DNA from: Promethearchaeota archaeon
GTDB lineage: Archaea; Asgardarchaeota; Lokiarchaeia; Sigyniarchaeales; SOKP01
DNA length: 64,000 bases
NCBI GenBank assembly: GCA_019058245.1
Contig: JAHPZJ010000013.1
Span: 233,166-297,165, forward strand
Direction: 5' to 3'
The notes under the pieces are model-generated. The model did no database searches. It saw only the letters and a list, made by a program, of their open reading frames with translations, and was not told the DNA's origin. Numbering within the stretch: position 1 is the first letter of the stretch; every line of letters begins with the position of its first letter. Positions 9,253 to 19,891 of the stretch are shown in pieces. A program made the translations under genes and the position numbers.

Positions 9253-10518
9253 GTGAGTGAGAAAAACTATATGACAAAGCAGAGTAAAAAGTTTAAATAT
9301 AAGCCACTTTCCCTAAAGGATATTATTAGAGAAATGAAACAAAATATAGATTTAATGATTGATTTGGCTTATAGTGCGATTAAATTCGGAAGTAAAGAGC
9401 TTGCTGATGAAGCTTATAAGATGGAACAAAGAATTCATGAATTAACATTTTTACTCAATTTCCAAATCATCCAAGCACATCCAAGGGGATTAGATGGTGC
9501 AAAAAAATTAGAGCCAATAGTGGTAATGGGCTATGCTATTGACAAGATTTCAGATGCTTTATCAGATATTGCTAGAGTAGTTTATATAAATAAAGATATT
9601 TCTTATTTCATTCAAATATTTAGTGATATTAGTTATGTTCCTGAACCCATTGTTAAGATACTTGTAAATAAGGAGTGTGAATTTATTGGTCAACTAAGAA
9701 CAGATATACATTTTAGATCTAAACATGGAGTCGATTTAATCGCCATTAGAAGAGATGGGCAATGGTTATTTGAAAAGAATCAAAGAGTTATGAAAAATGA
9801 TATATTGATTGTTAAAGGTGAAATCCAACCTATTATTGATTTAAAAAAAGTCTGTCATGATTTAGGCCCATTTTCATTTAATATTGGAAAAGAGAAAAAA
9901 GAAGATCTCCTTGACCTTAAAAATCCGGATATTTGTGAAAAGATAGAAGAAATCCAGAAAAATTATGTTTTATTAGTAGATATTTCAGAAACTATGATTG
10001 AGTTAGCTTTAGCTTCTTTATTCTTTAAAAATGCAGAAGTTGCAGAAGATGTCTTAGAAATGGAAGAATTAATGGATGGTTTAAATATTGCTCTCGAAAA
10101 AGATATTTTAGATTTAGCACAAATAGTGGAGTCCCCTCGAGATCTTACAGGGATAATGAGAATTATTTTTAGTTGTGAGTTAATTGCTGATGCAGCTGCG
10201 CATATTGCAGAGAATATTATTAAAGGATTTGAACCACACACGATTTTTCAGCAAGCTATTAGTGAAACTTCTGAAACTGTAGTAAGAGAAACATTATCAG
10301 AGGATTCCTACTTCAAGGATAAAACTTATAATGAATTGCAGGATAAACGATATAAACGAGGATTTCATATAATTGCTTTAAAAAGAGATAATAAATGGAT
10401 CTATAGCTTTAAACCAGATTTTGTATTCGAAAAAGGAGATCTCCTTATTGGACTTGGACCATTAGAAACTGTTATGCAATGGCGAAGATGTGTCAATCCT
10501 GAAAAATATAAAGAATAA
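9253..10518 (+). CDS. Tandem PhoU/TrkA-C (RCK_C) regulatory protein
   Basis: Two repeats of a PhoU-like helix (LMIDLAYSA; TMIELALAS) each followed by TrkA-C (GVDLIAIRR; FHIIALKR...GDLLIGLG); this family commonly lies next to archaeal MgtE pairs. Confidence 0.82.
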   Translation: MSEKNYMTKQSKKFKYKPLSLKDIIREMKQNIDLMIDLAYSAIKFGSKELADEAYKMEQRIHELTFLLNFQIIQAHPRGLDGAKKLEPIVVMGYAIDKISDALSDIARVVYINKDISYFIQIFSDISYVPEPIVKILVNKECEFIGQLRTDIHFRSKHGVDLIAIRRDGQWLFEKNQRVMKNDILIVKGEIQPIIDLKKVCHDLGPFSFNIGKEKKEDLLDLKNPDICEKIEEIQKNYVLLVDISETMIELALASLFFKNAEVAEDVLEMEELMDGLNIALEKDILDLAQIVESPRDLTGIMRIIFSCELIADAAAHIAENIIKGFEPHTIFQQAISETSETVVRETLSEDSYFKDKTYNELQDKRYKRGFHIIALKRDNKWIYSFKPDFVFEKGDLLIGLGPLETVMQWRRCVNPEKYKE

Positions 10519-10527
10519 GCGATATTT

Positions 10528-10923
10528 ATGCATGAATTTATTGAAGTAAAATTCATTTCTACTAAAAAGGGGAGGGGTGCATTTGCCAAGAAGGCAATTA
10601 AGAAAGACACTATTATTGATGTTGCATATGTAGTTCCTATTCCAAATAAAGAATATAAGAAAATATATAAAACAATTTTATATGATTATTGTTATATTTG
10701 GGAAGACCCAGACCATATGCCAGCATTTAGAAATGCTATAACTCTTAGTATAAGTCAATTTATTAATCATTCATTTATACCCAATCTCAAATATTTATAT
10801 GATTATGAGAATAAAGCAATAGAATTTTCTGCGATTAGGGATATTTCTGAAGGAGAAGAATTAACGGTAAACTATAATGGACTTGTTGATGATAAAAGTG
10901 CTATGTGGTTTGAAGTGGAATAA
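10528..10923 (+). CDS. SET-domain protein-lysine methyltransferase
   Basis: KKGRGAFA, FINHSFIPN, RDISEGEELTVNY. Confidence 0.9.
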   Translation: MHEFIEVKFISTKKGRGAFAKKAIKKDTIIDVAYVVPIPNKEYKKIYKTILYDYCYIWEDPDHMPAFRNAITLSISQFINHSFIPNLKYLYDYENKAIEFSAIRDISEGEELTVNYNGLVDDKSAMWFEVE

Positions 10924-11036
10924 TTAATTCTATGTTTCTTAAAGACTTGTCAAACCTCAGGTCAATCTTTTAATAAGAATCAGAAAAACCTATCAATTTA
11001 TATATTAAATGATACAATCAATAATTATTGAATTAG

Positions 11037-11441
11037 GTGAATTCTACGAATAACCTATTAGAAGTCAAATTTATTTCAACAAAAAAAGGAAGAGGTGTAT
11101 TTGCAAAAGAGAATATATCAAAAGGAGTGACCATAGATATTGCTTACATCCTCCTTATTCCTAATAATGATTGGAATTTAATCGAAGATACAATTTTATC
11201 TAATTACTCTTTTGAATGGGATGACCCTAAGTGCATAGGAGAATATGAATCGGCAATCTCTTTAAGTATTAGTCAACTTATAAATCATTCATATTATCCA
11301 AATATTAAATATATTTATGATTACAAAAATAAATGCATTGAATATATTACGCTTCGAGATATTACTAAAGGCGAGGAAATTACTGTAAACTATAATGGAG
11401 AACCTTTTGATGATTCACCTGTGGGATTTGAAGTAGAATGA
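11037..11441 (+). CDS. SET-domain protein-lysine methyltransferase (paralog)
   Basis: KKGRGVFA, LINHSYYPN, RDITKGEEITVNY. Confidence 0.9.
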   Translation: MNSTNNLLEVKFISTKKGRGVFAKENISKGVTIDIAYILLIPNNDWNLIEDTILSNYSFEWDDPKCIGEYESAISLSISQLINHSYYPNIKYIYDYKNKCIEYITLRDITKGEEITVNYNGEPFDDSPVGFEVE

Positions 11442-11448
11442 ATTGTTT

Positions 11449-12327
11449 TTATTTTCTTAACGATTTTAAGGTTTTTAAATTCATAATATCTTCTTTCATA
11501 TCTTTTCCTTTTGGGGTTTCCAATATTCCCGGCATATCCCTAAATCTTTCATCATTAATAAAAAAGCCAAAAGGTTCCTTACCTATTTTTCCTTGACCAA
11601 TATGAGTGTGTCTGTCAACTCTAGAACCACATTCTTTATCAGTATCATTCAAATGAAAAGCAAATAAATATTTTAAACCAATTATATCATCAAATTCGTT
11701 CCACATCTCTTCATATCCCTTTTTTGTCGTGAAATCATAACCTGCTGCAAATGAGTGAGCAGTATCAAGACAAATTCCAATCCTATTTTTATTTTGTATT
11801 TTGTTTATTATGGTTTTAAAATGATGGAATTTATTCCCTAAACCTTTTCCTTGCCCAGCAGTGGTTTCAAGTAATATTATGACTTTTGATGATTTAGTTG
11901 CTTCAATCAATTTATTTAACTGATCAGCAATTTGAGTTAATGCTTCTAATTTTGTAATTTCTTTCTTATCACTTATAGGAATCACTCCAGGGTGCATATT
12001 CTCATATTCAATAGTCAATTGGTTAACCTTGGTAAGCTCATCTAGCATAGCATTATATGATTTCTCCAATTTCTCTTTATTCAAACTTGCTAAATTTACC
12101 AAATAGCTATTATGAGAAATAACAGGCCAGATTTCATTCTTCATTTCTTCTTTTTTCTTCATAAAATCATCAATTTCTTCCTGCTTTAGAGGCCCAGATG
12201 TCCAACCGCGCACATTTCTGACAAAAACTTGAATTGCTTCACATCTCAATTCTTTACCGCTCTCAAAAGCCATATATTTCCCACCAGAAACACTCATGTG
12301 TGCGCCAATTCTCAATAAAATCTCCAA
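11449..12327 (-). CDS. nfo: Endonuclease IV (AP endonuclease family 2)
   Basis: IGAHMS, HNSYLVNL, HPG, LLETTAGQG, CLDTAH, HLND, DRHTHIGQG, ILETP. Confidence 0.95.
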   Translation of the reverse strand: MEILLRIGAHMSVSGGKYMAFESGKELRCEAIQVFVRNVRGWTSGPLKQEEIDDFMKKKEEMKNEIWPVISHNSYLVNLASLNKEKLEKSYNAMLDELTKVNQLTIEYENMHPGVIPISDKKEITKLEALTQIADQLNKLIEATKSSKVIILLETTAGQGKGLGNKFHHFKTIINKIQNKNRIGICLDTAHSFAAGYDFTTKKGYEEMWNEFDDIIGLKYLFAFHLNDTDKECGSRVDRHTHIGQGKIGKEPFGFFINDERFRDMPGILETPKGKDMKEDIMNLKTLKSLRK

Positions 12328-12443
12328 ATAAAAATTATATTTTTAACTAGAATATATATACTATATTTTCTTTTTTAATGATTAATATTATCTAATTAAT
12401 CCAATCTTAATATAATTAGAAAATTTATATTTTTAAATTTAAT

Positions 12444-13082
12444 ATGAATGAATTATTTCATCTCAAACGATTATATGAAGATCAGATTGAAGCTGCGAGT
12501 AAAGTACTTGCTCATGCTTTTCAAGATGATCTTTTATTTGTATATTGTTTTCCAGATCTTAAAGAAAGAGAGAAAAAAGCCAATATTCACTGCGAATGGT
12601 TGATTTTAACTGGAATTTTATCTGGTGAGCTATATACATCAAGTGATATTAAAGCTGTTAGTGTTTGGAATCCATATAAAATAAAAAGTTATCCTGTAGA
12701 AAAACAAACTAAGAATATTATTAGAAGACTGCGAAAAGTTAGAAGAGAGTTATTTTCAGATGAAATATATAAAGAAAGATTGAGTATCTTTGAGGAAATT
12801 GCTAATTTATTTCAAATTGAACATGTGCATTTTCCTCATTGGTATTTAGCTATTATTGGTGTAGAACCTACTCATCAAGGTAAAAGTTATGGCAGCAAAT
12901 TAATAAGGTTGAAACTTGCTGAAATTGATGAACTAAACTTACCATGCTACTTACATACTGAAAATGAAAAAAATGCTAAATTTTATGAGCAATTTGGATT
13001 CGAACCCATTGGTAAAAACAAGATTCCCAATTTTAATGTTTACCATCATCCAATGCTTCGAAATAAGAAACAGAAAGCTTAA
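12444..13082 (+). CDS. GNAT family N-acetyltransferase
   Basis: HWYLAIIGVEPTHQGKSYG, CYLHT, FYEQFGF. Confidence 0.88.
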   Translation: MNELFHLKRLYEDQIEAASKVLAHAFQDDLLFVYCFPDLKEREKKANIHCEWLILTGILSGELYTSSDIKAVSVWNPYKIKSYPVEKQTKNIIRRLRKVRRELFSDEIYKERLSIFEEIANLFQIEHVHFPHWYLAIIGVEPTHQGKSYGSKLIRLKLAEIDELNLPCYLHTENEKNAKFYEQFGFEPIGKNKIPNFNVYHHPMLRNKKQKA

Positions 13083-13085
13083 AAA

Positions 13086-14816
13086 TTAAAATTCATGGTG
13101 ATCTAATCTATTCCAAAAATTTTTCAATTCATCTTTATCGAAAGTATTTTTTAAACCTGTTGGCTCGCAAGGTTCTTCTCTAAAAAATTCTGGTAAATCA
13201 TTCAAATCGAAAGTAATTCCTGCTTTTTCGTTAAAGTCAAGTTCAGTTCTTATGATATCAATACCAATATCAATTACATCTTCTCTTGTTAGAGTTAAAT
13301 CATACATGGCATTAATAGCTTTTGTTATAATCTCCATATTTTCATAACTAGGACCAATAAAATAACAACAACCCATTGAATCTGTAATTGCGGTATAAAT
13401 CTGTAATTCAAAAGATAAATCGAGTTTATGCTCATCTTTAGTCAATTCACCATAATCTTTATGCAAGCTTGCAACACGATTGGCGATTGCTGCTCCTGCT
13501 GTATGGTCAGCACCCATTGGTGAAGTAGCATAAGTAACTCCCATTGCTTTAAACACTCTACAATCATATGCAGATATTCCTTGTCCTTTTACTTCAGGAA
13601 TTCTCTTAGCATTAAACTTTTCTCCAATTAACTTCACACCATTCCCATATAATTTCCCTTCTTCAGTATTATTTCTTATTTCATTATCTAAAATTTCGAA
13701 TACTTTAGATTCATTTCCCCATTCTACTTTTCCACATTCCATTGCTACTCCTACAGTTACACCAAATTCCATTGTATCTATTCCCAGATCATCACATAGA
13801 TGATCGATTTTCGCTAAACTGTCTAAATTATCAATCAATAAGTTAGTACCATTTAAAGCCATAGTTTCATATTCTAAACTACTTGTCACATGGTTTCCTT
13901 TTTCATCAACAATTAGATTTGAACATCTAATTACGCATGTTGGAGAGCATGCCAATCTCTTTTGACCTCCTCGAGCTAAAACTAACTCATGAAGCGATTC
14001 TCCTGAAATATTTTCTATTTTGTCATAAGATCCTAATAGGAAATTTTTTGTTGGTATACCTCCTAATCCACTCATAGCTTTCATCATTATAGGTGTACCA
14101 AAAATTGAAAATGCTTTCCTTGTTTGAGCGAGGTTTATAGCAAAGGGCTTTGAAATTTCTCTAAACTTTTTCAAATTATGAATCTTAACTTTTGATATTT
14201 TTGCCGGTTTAATTACTATTGCCTTAATTTTTTTTGATCCCATTAGAGCACCTAAACCTCCCCGAGCAGCATGCCTACTTGGGTACCCTTCTAAATCATT
14301 TGCACCTATAGTAGCCGATTTCATCAAATATTGACCAGCAGGTCCAATCGAATAAATACCAATCTTTTGTCCATGTTTTTTCATTAATTTATTATGTAAT
14401 TCATAATTACCCAGACCATTATATTCTTCAGCTGAAATCAATTTAATTCCATTATCATCTATTAAGATCAGCTTTAAGGATGATGAGATATTTTCTAAAA
14501 TTAAGGCTCTAATGCCATGTCTAGCAAGCATCATTGCTGGTCTACCTCCTACGTTAGCTTCTTTTATTCCATTTGTTAAAGGACTTTTTGCTCCTATTGA
14601 TGTACGAGCAGAACAAGGAAAAGCACTACCAGCTAATAACCCATTAGATATAATTAATTTATTTTCCTTGCCTAAAGGATCACATAAAGGAGGAACTTCA
14701 TCATGAATAATCTGAGAACTTAATCCTCTTGCACCAAGTAAATAATATTTTGAATTTGGATTGATTTCTTCAAATTGTATATTTTCATTCTCAACATTAA
14801 TTCTTACGATTTTCAT
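13086..14816 (-). CDS. aor: Aldehyde:ferredoxin oxidoreductase (W/Mo-pterin)
   Basis: KSPLTNGIKEAN, SIGPAG, RGGLGALMGSK, CSPTCVIRC, EYET, CDDLGIDT, GADHT. Confidence 0.9.
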   Translation of the reverse strand: MKIVRINVENENIQFEEINPNSKYYLLGARGLSSQIIHDEVPPLCDPLGKENKLIISNGLLAGSAFPCSARTSIGAKSPLTNGIKEANVGGRPAMMLARHGIRALILENISSSLKLILIDDNGIKLISAEEYNGLGNYELHNKLMKKHGQKIGIYSIGPAGQYLMKSATIGANDLEGYPSRHAARGGLGALMGSKKIKAIVIKPAKISKVKIHNLKKFREISKPFAINLAQTRKAFSIFGTPIMMKAMSGLGGIPTKNFLLGSYDKIENISGESLHELVLARGGQKRLACSPTCVIRCSNLIVDEKGNHVTSSLEYETMALNGTNLLIDNLDSLAKIDHLCDDLGIDTMEFGVTVGVAMECGKVEWGNESKVFEILDNEIRNNTEEGKLYGNGVKLIGEKFNAKRIPEVKGQGISAYDCRVFKAMGVTYATSPMGADHTAGAAIANRVASLHKDYGELTKDEHKLDLSFELQIYTAITDSMGCCYFIGPSYENMEIITKAINAMYDLTLTREDVIDIGIDIIRTELDFNEKAGITFDLNDLPEFFREEPCEPTGLKNTFDKDELKNFWNRLDHHEF

Positions 14817-14978
14817 ATTTTTACAATAGTAGCTTAAATTATATTATTTTTTCCTTATTTTTTTTAAATTATAGATAGAATATCTCTATTAAGAATTATA
14901 AAATAGTCAATAATGAATTATCTATAAAATATTATGATCTTTCCTTAATAATTAGTGCAAACTTTCTTATCTCATATT

Positions 14979-15821
14979 TTATTTATTAGGAATACCATTC
15001 GAGCAAGCAACTCCAACTTGACATAAACCACAACCGTAAATATCAATTCCATAATTCTTTTTAATAAAGGGAACTGAACTACCTACATGTTGGGCACAAA
15101 TAATCTTATCATGCCGTTTTCCGAAAGATATTGCCTTTGCAGGGCACCTAGAGATACATTCTCCACAATTAGTACAAAATTCATAAGGATCTGATGGTCG
15201 GTTTAAGCTGTCAGTTGGAAGTTTTAAATCAATTATAAAGCTGCCACATCTCATTGCTTTTCCTCTCGGATTTATAAATCCATCTGATAATCCAAATGAG
15301 CCTAAACCTGCAGCAAAACAATTATGTCTATGAGACCAGTTAGATGCCCAAATACTTCTATTAACATTAAACAATTTCTCATCAAGTGCAGGAGCAAAGG
15401 CATATATTCCAAATTTTTTTAATTCTTCGATTAAAAACTTTTGAATATCTCTATTAACTTGCTCACCAAAAAGTCTTGTATGAGCCCATCGTTCAGAAGG
15501 CATTTTTTCAGAATAATTAGAATTCTCAATCTTAGTATCTTGATTAATAGGGAGAATGTAAGCAATAACACTTAAATTTTTATTGTTGAATTCGATATTA
15601 TTCTTCTTACAATGCCACTCGTAAGCCTCACTAGGAGTTAAATGAAAATCACCGATAATCTCTTTATAATTTGTATATATAATATCATTTCCATCGGCGA
15701 TACCTACAAGTACATTAGGTTCAAAAATGTATGAACCATCAAGTTTGCTCAATTTATTCCTTGCATCATTTTTAAGAAATAAGTTAATCTTATTGATAAA
15801 CCAATCTTTATTTATATCCAT
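14979..15821 (-). CDS. QueG/reductive-dehalogenase-like 4Fe-4S (cobalamin) protein
   Basis: WSHRH..FAAGLGSFG, CTNCGECISRCP, CGLCQVGVAC. Confidence 0.78.
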   Translation of the reverse strand: MDINKDWFINKINLFLKNDARNKLSKLDGSYIFEPNVLVGIADGNDIIYTNYKEIIGDFHLTPSEAYEWHCKKNNIEFNNKNLSVIAYILPINQDTKIENSNYSEKMPSERWAHTRLFGEQVNRDIQKFLIEELKKFGIYAFAPALDEKLFNVNRSIWASNWSHRHNCFAAGLGSFGLSDGFINPRGKAMRCGSFIIDLKLPTDSLNRPSDPYEFCTNCGECISRCPAKAISFGKRHDKIICAQHVGSSVPFIKKNYGIDIYGCGLCQVGVACSNGIPNK

Positions 15822-16229
15822 ACTACTAGCTTCTTGACCGTCTTTTCAAATCTAATTTAATTTTCAAATATTTAATTGCTAATTAATCTTACTTTCAGAA
15901 TTCATAAATATATTTTATTTACAATTACTAAGAAATCTAATATTGGAGTAATTCGAAAAATTATATTCCTTTTTTGATAATGAAATTATTTTATAATCAT
16001 ACTATGTTAATATGGATTTTTTGAAAAAACAGACTCTACTAAATAAAATTGATGAAAATTTTGTTAAATTTATTATCAAAAAAGTTAAAAAAATTTAATA
16101 ATCGAGACAAAGATTTATAAATCCAACTTTCGTATATAAACATATCACTAATATTAAATTATTATCAAATGTTTAATACCTGTGATTGCTTTTACGCTTT
16201 TTAAATTATTTTTGGCATTGTGACTAATT

Positions 16230-17156
16230 ATGAATGAGCAGTATCGAGACCGATTCTTAAATAATAAATTCGATGAAAATAAATTACCTCAATCTATTTG
16301 TTGTGAAAATCCTTTTATTGAATCTCGAGATGGGAATAAAGTCTGTCTGAATTGTGGGATTATTTTTGAACGCACTTTTGTAGGAAATGAAAGACGAGCA
16401 TATACTATAGAAGAGATACAAAACAGGCGTAGAACAGAACCACGTTGGAGAGATTTTGGACCAAGGACTATGCTCCCGAACACGAAAACAGATAGTAAAG
16501 GTAAATCCATAGGTGCTAAAGAGCAAGCTCTCTTTTCACGACTCTCAAAAATTCAAAATTCATTAATTTCAAGCATAGAGAGAAACTTCTGGGAAGCAAA
16601 ACCGAAATTAAAAATGTTAACATCAAAACTTAATATTCCGGAATATATTGCTGAAACTGCTTGGAAAATATATAGTATCGTAGCTAAAAAGAAATTAACT
16701 ATGGGTAGATCAATTAATGGATTTATTTCTGGATCGTTATATGCTGCAATTCGTGTTCATGATTTTCCAAGATTATTAGATGAAATATGTGAAGCTTCAT
16801 TGACGCCAAGACGAACTGTCCATAGAAGCCTAGCAATGATTATTCGAGAAGTGCTTCCTGAAATAAATTTGAGATATCAACCGATAACAGCTGAATCACT
16901 AGTATTTCGTTTTGGAAATGAGCTAGATTTGCCGATTAAAATACAGAAAAACGCTATTAATATGTTAAGAGATGCTTCTAAAAATGGATTGAAGCGAACT
17001 GGAAAGGATCCTAAAGGTTTAGCAGCAGCGTGTATATACATTGCGGCAAAAAATGGTTGTATTCGGAAAACACAATCGAAAGTTGCTGATGTGGCTAAAA
17101 TTACAGAGGTTACTTTAAGATCTCGAGCAAAACAAATAAAAAGTAAACTTTCATAA
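16230..17156 (+). CDS. tfb: Transcription initiation factor IIB (TFB)
   Basis: N-terminal Zn ribbon (CC...VCLNCG), two cyclin repeats, GRS, GKDPKGLAAACIY, ITEVTLRSR. Confidence 0.93.
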   Translation: MNEQYRDRFLNNKFDENKLPQSICCENPFIESRDGNKVCLNCGIIFERTFVGNERRAYTIEEIQNRRRTEPRWRDFGPRTMLPNTKTDSKGKSIGAKEQALFSRLSKIQNSLISSIERNFWEAKPKLKMLTSKLNIPEYIAETAWKIYSIVAKKKLTMGRSINGFISGSLYAAIRVHDFPRLLDEICEASLTPRRTVHRSLAMIIREVLPEINLRYQPITAESLVFRFGNELDLPIKIQKNAINMLRDASKNGLKRTGKDPKGLAAACIYIAAKNGCIRKTQSKVADVAKITEVTLRSRAKQIKSKLS

Positions 17157-17434
17157 GGATTTTCATAATTAATTTTAATTAATTTTGATAAAAATTATTT
17201 TTTTATCTATTTTATTGACGAATTTTTTTATTTCTTATATCTAATATAGTGTAAAAAGAAATAGAATGAAAAATTTCTAATTAAATGCTTATTCAATCTC
17301 TTTTTCTTATTTCCATTAAATTTTAAGAATTATTTATTGAATAATTATTCCAAAAAGCTTTTATACAAAATAGTAGAATATAAAATAAGGAATTTTAAAC
17401 ATTGAGATTCAACTGATTTTAAAAATAAAAAGAT

Positions 17435-19078
17435 GTGAGAATTATAAGTTTAAATGAATTGACCCCAAAGCAAGGTTATTGCTTATCGATATTATCTGCG
17501 ATATTATTATTATTAAGTTTTCCACCTTTTGAATTTGGAATGTTCTTGGGATGGATTGTTTATGTACCTATTTTATTGGCAGTGTATTTTGAGACGGAAG
17601 TGAAGCGAGTAAAGAGGATGGTTATGATTGCTAGTTTAGGTGCACTACCAGTATCCTTGGGTTTCAGTTGGTGGGTTTTAGATATGCTAAGAATTGTTTT
17701 TCCCCAGGCTCCAATATGGTTAAAAATCCCGGTATTTATTTTAGGTATCATAGTATGCATTGTTCTAACCAGAATCTTTGTGGAAATTATTACTAGATTA
17801 TGGCAACCAAAATCGCGTCCATCAGCAATAAAGATCACAAGATTCTTGCCATCAAATTTAGCAATCATAATAATACCAATTGCATTTACTTCTATAGAAT
17901 TTATAGCATTAAACATTCCTGGATTAATGAGAATTACAGGAATTTATGGGTTCTTTTCTATGGCGAAGACTCAATGGAAAAATATCCCAATATTGCAAAT
18001 AGCGTCATTTACGGGAATATATGGGATAACCTTTCTTGTGATAATAGTAAATTGTTCAATTACTTTATTTATTATTCATTATAAAAAAGTTAAGAAAATT
18101 TATAAACCCTCGATAATAATATTTTGCTTATTTCCATTCTTTCATTTGTACGGTTTCATTATAACTCCAAGTCGAAGTGATGGAAGTGTAACTATTGCTG
18201 TTTTACAAATGCCTCCTCAAGGAGAGAATACTTATAATAATTATTTTGATTTAAGTAATGAATCATTAAAATATAATCCGGATATAATAATTCTACCAGG
18301 ACTCATGCTTGATGGATTAATAATTGATGAGGGATTTATTAATTTCAGTAGTTCCAATAATGTTTATATAACTGGATTTGTTGAAAATTTAGGCTATTAT
18401 GGAATTGTCAGCCCAGATGGGGATCTAAAGGTTGATAACTTTGGATATCATCTCGCTACAATTCCTAATGATCTAATTTCCTTAAATATTTTAAGATTAT
18501 TTTTTCCTAAAGTAAATAGTTTAGAATTTGATATTGGTTCTTTTGCTGTTACTGATTGCTTTGAGTCAGGACTTCCTTTAGCAGCTAGGGACAGAGTAAG
18601 AAAAGGCGCAGAAATTTTATTAGTCCCAACAGGAAGTCCAAATGTTCAAGCCTTTTCATGGCTATTAAAAATAAATGCTATTTTTCGAGCTGTTGAAAAT
18701 CATATTTACACAGTTGAGGTAGTAGGAGATTATGACTCATCTATTATAATAGACCCTTATGGTAGAGTCATAAATGATATAGCTCCCGAAAAAAACATCA
18801 TCGTTGGAACAATATCATTTATTAATCAAAGAACCTTTTATTCGACATTTGGGGATATTTTTGGATGGATTATAGTCATTTGTTTCATAATCCTAGTAAT
18901 CTATAATTTTAAAATTAAAAAAAAAAGCACCTTTAAGTACTGTATAGAGTGTGAAAGTAAAATCGAAAAAACTGCTGAAACTTGTAATATTTGTGGTTCA
19001 AATCAAGAAAGACCTCCTCTTTGGAAGCGAATTATACTTCATGAATATTATGAGCATAAAAGGAAAAAATCAAAATAA
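17435..19078 (+). CDS. Apolipoprotein N-acyltransferase (Lnt)/nitrilase-like membrane protein with C-terminal Zn ribbon
   Basis: LSFPP, ILQIASFTGIYGITF, DCFES, FRAVEN, IIDPYGR, TFYSTFGD; C-terminal CIEC...CNICG. Confidence 0.8.
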   Translation: MRIISLNELTPKQGYCLSILSAILLLLSFPPFEFGMFLGWIVYVPILLAVYFETEVKRVKRMVMIASLGALPVSLGFSWWVLDMLRIVFPQAPIWLKIPVFILGIIVCIVLTRIFVEIITRLWQPKSRPSAIKITRFLPSNLAIIIIPIAFTSIEFIALNIPGLMRITGIYGFFSMAKTQWKNIPILQIASFTGIYGITFLVIIVNCSITLFIIHYKKVKKIYKPSIIIFCLFPFFHLYGFIITPSRSDGSVTIAVLQMPPQGENTYNNYFDLSNESLKYNPDIIILPGLMLDGLIIDEGFINFSSSNNVYITGFVENLGYYGIVSPDGDLKVDNFGYHLATIPNDLISLNILRLFFPKVNSLEFDIGSFAVTDCFESGLPLAARDRVRKGAEILLVPTGSPNVQAFSWLLKINAIFRAVENHIYTVEVVGDYDSSIIIDPYGRVINDIAPEKNIIVGTISFINQRTFYSTFGDIFGWIIVICFIILVIYNFKIKKKSTFKYCIECESKIEKTAETCNICGSNQERPPLWKRIILHEYYEHKRKKSK

Positions 19079-19168
19079 TCTTTTTTTCTTGATATGCAAC
19101 AATTGAAATCAGGATTAACAAACCTTAAAAATGAAATGCAGATTATGAAAATTTCGTTTTTCTATTTT

Positions 19169-19732
19169 TTATTTTTTTATTTCTGACTCTTCTTCCTGTA
19201 AAAGAGTCCATTTTATAGCAATTCCGGTAACACATAATCCTGCCATAAGAATATAACAATTAAAAGAAATGAAAACAATCCATAAAATACCAGATAAAAG
19301 TGGGGTAATACTCGTATTATATAATGCGGTCTGAAAACGAATTGAATCAGATATAGTTGTGATTTTAGTTTTTCCCAAAAGTACCAAAAAATTCATTTTT
19401 ACAAATCCACCTAATAAAATAGTCATTCCAATGATTATCATATATTTCGCTAATGCCCTACTTTCAAAAGTTTTTGTTTGAATTATCTTAAACATAAAAA
19501 TTCCAAGAATTAGATAGCATATCGTTGTAATTATTAAGAATATCCATAATATGGTTCCAGAAATTGGGAACATTTCAGCAGAAAACATAATTTCTGATAA
19601 AAGAAGTGAATCACTAGTTAGAGTGAATATTGTGAAATGTAATATAATGAAAAAAACAATCTCGACCAATGAAACGATTATAAATATCAAACCAACGATT
19701 TGAATAAATTTAAGAATTTTATCATGTTTCAT
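19169..19732 (-). CDS. Hypothetical membrane protein (~4 TM)
   Basis: 187 aa, four long hydrophobic stretches. Confidence 0.7.
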   Translation of the reverse strand: MKHDKILKFIQIVGLIFIIVSLVEIVFFIILHFTIFTLTSDSLLLSEIMFSAEMFPISGTILWIFLIITTICYLILGIFMFKIIQTKTFESRALAKYMIIIGMTILLGGFVKMNFLVLLGKTKITTISDSIRFQTALYNTSITPLLSGILWIVFISFNCYILMAGLCVTGIAIKWTLLQEEESEIKK

Positions 19733-19891
19733 TTTTAAATCACTTCTATATTATTTAAAAGCAAGAAAAATTTTTATTGTATTTATTATCTTTATACTTA
19801 TTATTGTTTTTGAAATTAATACAAATTTTTAATATTATTGGTTTTTATATAATTCAATTTTTTTAAATAATAAGATTGGATTGATTTTTAA

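Noticed and set aside
15822-16229. TATA/BRE promoter calls and T-tract terminators in intergenic regions
   Set aside because: TTTATAAA-like and poly-T strings are too frequent at this AT content to assign individually without transcript data.
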